Shown here: positions 60,270 through 64,000 of the stretch, piece by piece
Numbering within the stretch: position 1 is the stretch's first letter
How the letters are laid out: each line of letters opens with the position of its first letter
NCBI GenBank assembly: GCA_052327205.1
Contig: CM126212.1
Coordinates: 157,232,001 to 157,296,000 of the forward strand
Direction: 5' to 3'
Origin: Somniosus microcephalus
Lineage: Eukaryota
Length of the DNA: 64,000 bases
Notes under the pieces: generated by a model
The model's database searches: none
What the model was told of the DNA's origin: nothing
Seen by the model: only the letters and a program-made list of their open reading frames with translations
Position numbers and translations under genes: made by a program

Positions 60270-61075
60270 GGGGGGAATTTTCCCAGCCCTGGGATGGAGG
60301 CGGGACTGCCGGGAAAATGGCAAAAACTGTGAGTGGGTACCGACCCCGCTCCCAACCCGCCTCCGTGCCATCTTCCCGGGAGGCGGGTCCCCGAGTCGCA
60401 CAGGGACCCGTCTCCTCGAGGCGGGAAGGGGATTAGAGCCAATTAACTGCCTGTTAACTTGTTTTGAGGCTTATCCTCATTTTACCCCTGCAAGTGCGGG
60501 CTTCCCGACGGCTGCGATCCTCGCCAGGGTCAGTGAAGCGAGCAGTGGGTCTGCGGGGGTGAGAGGGATCGAACAGTCCGCTGTGGAGATGAGTGATGGG
60601 TGTAAGTGTGGAGAAGTAAGTATGAGAGCTGAGTGTAAAGTGCTGGAAAAAGTTTACTTACCTTTGTTTCTTTCTGCAGGCTTCAACCCTTGGGGATCCG
60701 GAGGTGCCTCATCTCAACGGCAGAGATGACAGAATGGCTGCTGCATTCTCCGATGCAGCAGCCATCTGATTTCTGCTGAGGAAAGAGGTTTTGGTGAGTC
60801 TTTGTGCAAGGGCTCAACTTAGAACAGAGATTGTCCGTGTTTGACATCTTCTCAAAGCTGTCAAACACTGACAATTCATCTGTCAAAATGTTTTCGACAG
60901 ATGAAACGTCGTACGCTGACATCCTCTGTCACCAGCTTTCCCTTAATAGGACAGGCTTAACAAGGTAAATCAAGGGAAAATAGTGTGGGTTGGCCAGACG
61001 TCGTTGGGGGCGGGACTGAAACCCGAAAACCAGCAGTCCCACCCGCAACGCGCCCCCATTGACAAAATCCAGCCC
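60270..61075 (+). mobile_element. MITE family 2, third copy
   Basis: TIRs ggggggaatttt / aaaatccagccc; collinear with 54696-55476; TSD not exact. Confidence 0.8.
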
Positions 61076-61179
61076 ATAGTTACTGACGTTATCATTAAGC
61101 AGACAGGCATCGCTTATGACTTACATTATCAAACCATGGGGTTGTCTCATGGTGATTTGTTCTTAAGGTATCAAATGCT

Positions 61180-61375
61180 AATAAAGAAAGAACTTACATT
61201 TATCATCACTTCAGGATGTCCCAAAGCGCTTTACAGCCAATGAAGAATTTTTGAAGCGGAGTCACTGTTGTAATGTAGGAAACGCGGCAGTCAAATGTGT
61301 GCACAGCAAGCTCCCACAAACAGCACTGTGATAATGACCAGATAATCTGTTTTAGTGATGTTGTTAACTCCGGGG
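61180..61375 (-). mobile_element. SacSINE1-like 3' fragment
   Basis: Same tail and core as 53860-54050. Confidence 0.85.
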
Positions 61376-62082
61376 AGCTTTTAGTAAAATCAGGTTTTAG
61401 TAAGTTAAACTGTGGTTTTCAAGATAGTAAACAAGATATCCCAGAATTTATTATACATTTTAACATGAGCAACGAAGGAAGACAATCAAACAGTTCCATT
61501 TTTGAACAGTTGTATGTAAAATATTAGAGTAAACTTATCCATTAGGATATTTTTTGGAAATCTGCAGCACTGGGTGCCAGCAGTGGTTTGGCCCACTGCT
61601 CTTTGACCTCAGATCTGGGTTCGAAACCAGCCACCAAGATGAAAGTCTCCAACAGCCACTGAGGATTCTAAATGAAACAAGCTTGAACAGTTTCTGCCGT
61701 GTTTTGCAAGGACACAATTTCACCGCCCACGAGAAGCCAACAAGCTGCCCATAGTCAGCCCAAATCGGGCAGTTGCTAATCCCGAAAGGTCTAAGGACAG
61801 CTGGTGCGGGAAACTCAAATGTCAGGTGGGTGCAGGAGGGTTGAGTTAAGGATCACATTTGGGAATGTGCAGAGGGAGCTTTAATCTGTCTGTAAACGCT
61901 CTATCCTTTACCTGACCTGGGAATAATTGATGCAGGGCTGGCACTGGAAACATAAAGGTAGAAAAATGTTTCAATTACTAGGATGGACCACTCTACAACT
62001 TGTTGATAGTAAGAATTCCATCTCACTCAAGTTCCCCTCCCATAAAAAGAAAAGAAATGCTCCATAGAAACATTATAACCAT

Positions 62083-62995
62083 ACAACTTGCATTTATATA
62101 GTGCATTTAACATAGTAGGAAGTCCCAAGGTGCTTCACAGGAGCGTTATCAAACAAAATTTGACACCGAGCCACATAAGGAGATATTAGGGCAGATGACC
62201 AAAAGCTTGGTCAAACAGGTAGGTTTTAAGGAACATCTTAAAGGAGAGAGGTAGAGAGGCGGAGAGGTTTCGGGTGGTGGTGGAGTTGCTTAGGGTCTTG
62301 GCAGCTGAAGGCACGGCCGCCAATGGTGGAGCGATTAAAACCGTGAATGCTCAAGAGGCCAGCATCCAGCCAATGTAGGTCAGCGAGCACAGGGGTGATG
62401 AGTGAACGGGACTTGCTGCGAGTTAGGACTTGGGCAGCTGAGTTTTGGATGACCTCAAGTTTACAGAGGCTAGAATGTGGGAGGCCGGCCAGGAGTGTAG
62501 ACATAAACGGATGAAGGTTTCAGCAGCAGATAAGCTGAGGCAGGGGCAGTCGGGCGATGTTAGAGGTCTAAATAGGCGTTCTTAGTGATGGCATGGATAT
62601 ATGGCTGGAAGCTCATCGCGGGGTCAGATAGGACACCAAGGTTACGAACAGTCTGGTTCAGTCTCAGACAGTTGCCAGGAGGAGGAATGGAGTCGGTGGA
62701 TAGGGAACGGAGCTTGTGGTGGGGAACGAAGACAATGGCTTCGGTCTTCCCAATATTTAGTAAAGGAAATTTCTGCTCATCCAGTACTGGATGTCGGACA
62801 AGCAGCCTGACAATTTAGAGACAGTGGAGGGGTCGAGAGAGGTGGTGGTGAGGTAGAGCTGGGTGTCGTCAGCGTACATGTGGAAACTGACGTCGTGTTT
62901 TCAGATGATGTCACCAAGGGGCAGCAAGTAGATGATAATTAGGAGGGGGCCGAGGATAGATTCTTGGGGGACACAAGAGGTAACTGGGCAGGAGT
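62083..62995 (-). mobile_element. L2 LINE 3' portion
   Basis: Reverse complement of the 676-1800 type (IQNSAAQVLT, GGRAFS). Confidence 0.9.
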
Positions 62996-64000
62996 AGATA
63001 TCAGATAGATTTATACTGCACGTTGCCTCTAGAAGTTAAACAGTGTTGAAGTATTGAGATGAATAAACCACTCAGACTAAGCCACACACAAAAAAATTGA
63101 ACTAATTTCAGGAAATAAAATGATTCTCAAAAGGCACAAGCAGAGGGCAAATAAAATCAACTGCCCACACTTCAGCTTACAATTCATAAAGTATTCACAA
63201 AAGGAGAAAGATAATGCCTCAGGCATTTAAGATCTCACCTCAGGAGCAGACATTGGGCCATGGATTTGGTCATGGTTTCTACACGCGTTCATTCAATTAA
63301 ATACCTCAAGTGGTGGGCAATTAGCAACCCCGCTAGAGCTTCTGTTAACATATCCCCTGTGAATCTAAAATTACTTTTACCACCCAGAGACACTTAGGCC
63401 ATCTGTGGAGCTGTTAATTGGTGCAAAAGCCATCGGGTTCATTTTTACCAACAGAAATTAACAATGGAAAATGCTAACCGTAAAAAGTGTTAGCAGCAAA
63501 GAAGAAAATGAGACAATAGTTTGAAAAGAATTTCAAACGAATTTTGCCTCAGCAATACAGTTTGAACTTGCTTCCTCTCGTTACTGGTTTTATTAAAAAT
63601 AATGAATGAAACTGCACCCTTCAGAAAGCGTCGGTATCCATTACTTGTTTTGCCTACAGCAACGCACTGAGATTGTTAACTAAGTTTATTCACAGCCCTT
63701 CCACCTGCAGTGTCAATTAATTTTCTGGTCCCTGGCTGCCTGATTCAAGGACTGCAGTGTGCTTTACTCCTTCATTAAACTTTTAGGTGTTACAGGGTAA
63801 AATATGACTATGTGCCTTCCTAATAAATATCTCACACCATTGCCAGCTTCGGAGCGGGTTATTTTCAGCACTGTGGGTCTTCAGTATACCATGCCTGTTA
63901 AACAAGTCTGGTTGGCGGCTTCTCACACGACGGATCAAGTGGTTACTTTCCTTGGATGGACAGGCCAACATCCATGGAAAATTTGTATTTTAAAAGTGTA

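Overview
Repeat-dense eukaryotic DNA, very probably from a shark or other cartilaginous fish, judged by its CR1/L2 LINE and SacSINE1-like SINE content. I could not support any host protein-coding exon, so this is intergenic DNA or a very large intron. Main contents: (1) a young 5'-truncated CR1 LINE whose ORF2 has a single frameshift (7922-11025, -); (2) a head-to-tail pair of non-autonomous Helitrons (14453-17982, -) carrying a promoter/first-exon-like module, an RTEX-like LINE fragment and a large palindrome; (3) a complete Ty3/Gypsy provirus with an open gag-pol but a D->G change at the first RT catalytic aspartate (40941-46203, +); (4) a decayed Gypsy provirus (56020-59967, -) with no tRNA primer-binding site and, in its place, a 13-nt perfect complement of its own LTR polyadenylation-signal region; (5) a 5'-inverted RTE insertion with a 10-bp TSD; (6) several MITE families, one with an array of four hairpins; (7) a 5S-rRNA/tRNA-SINE junction; (8) many CR1, L2 and SINE fragments and LINE-derived minisatellites. 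There is an assembly gap at 15979-16312. Family names are from recognition by eye, not from database searches.
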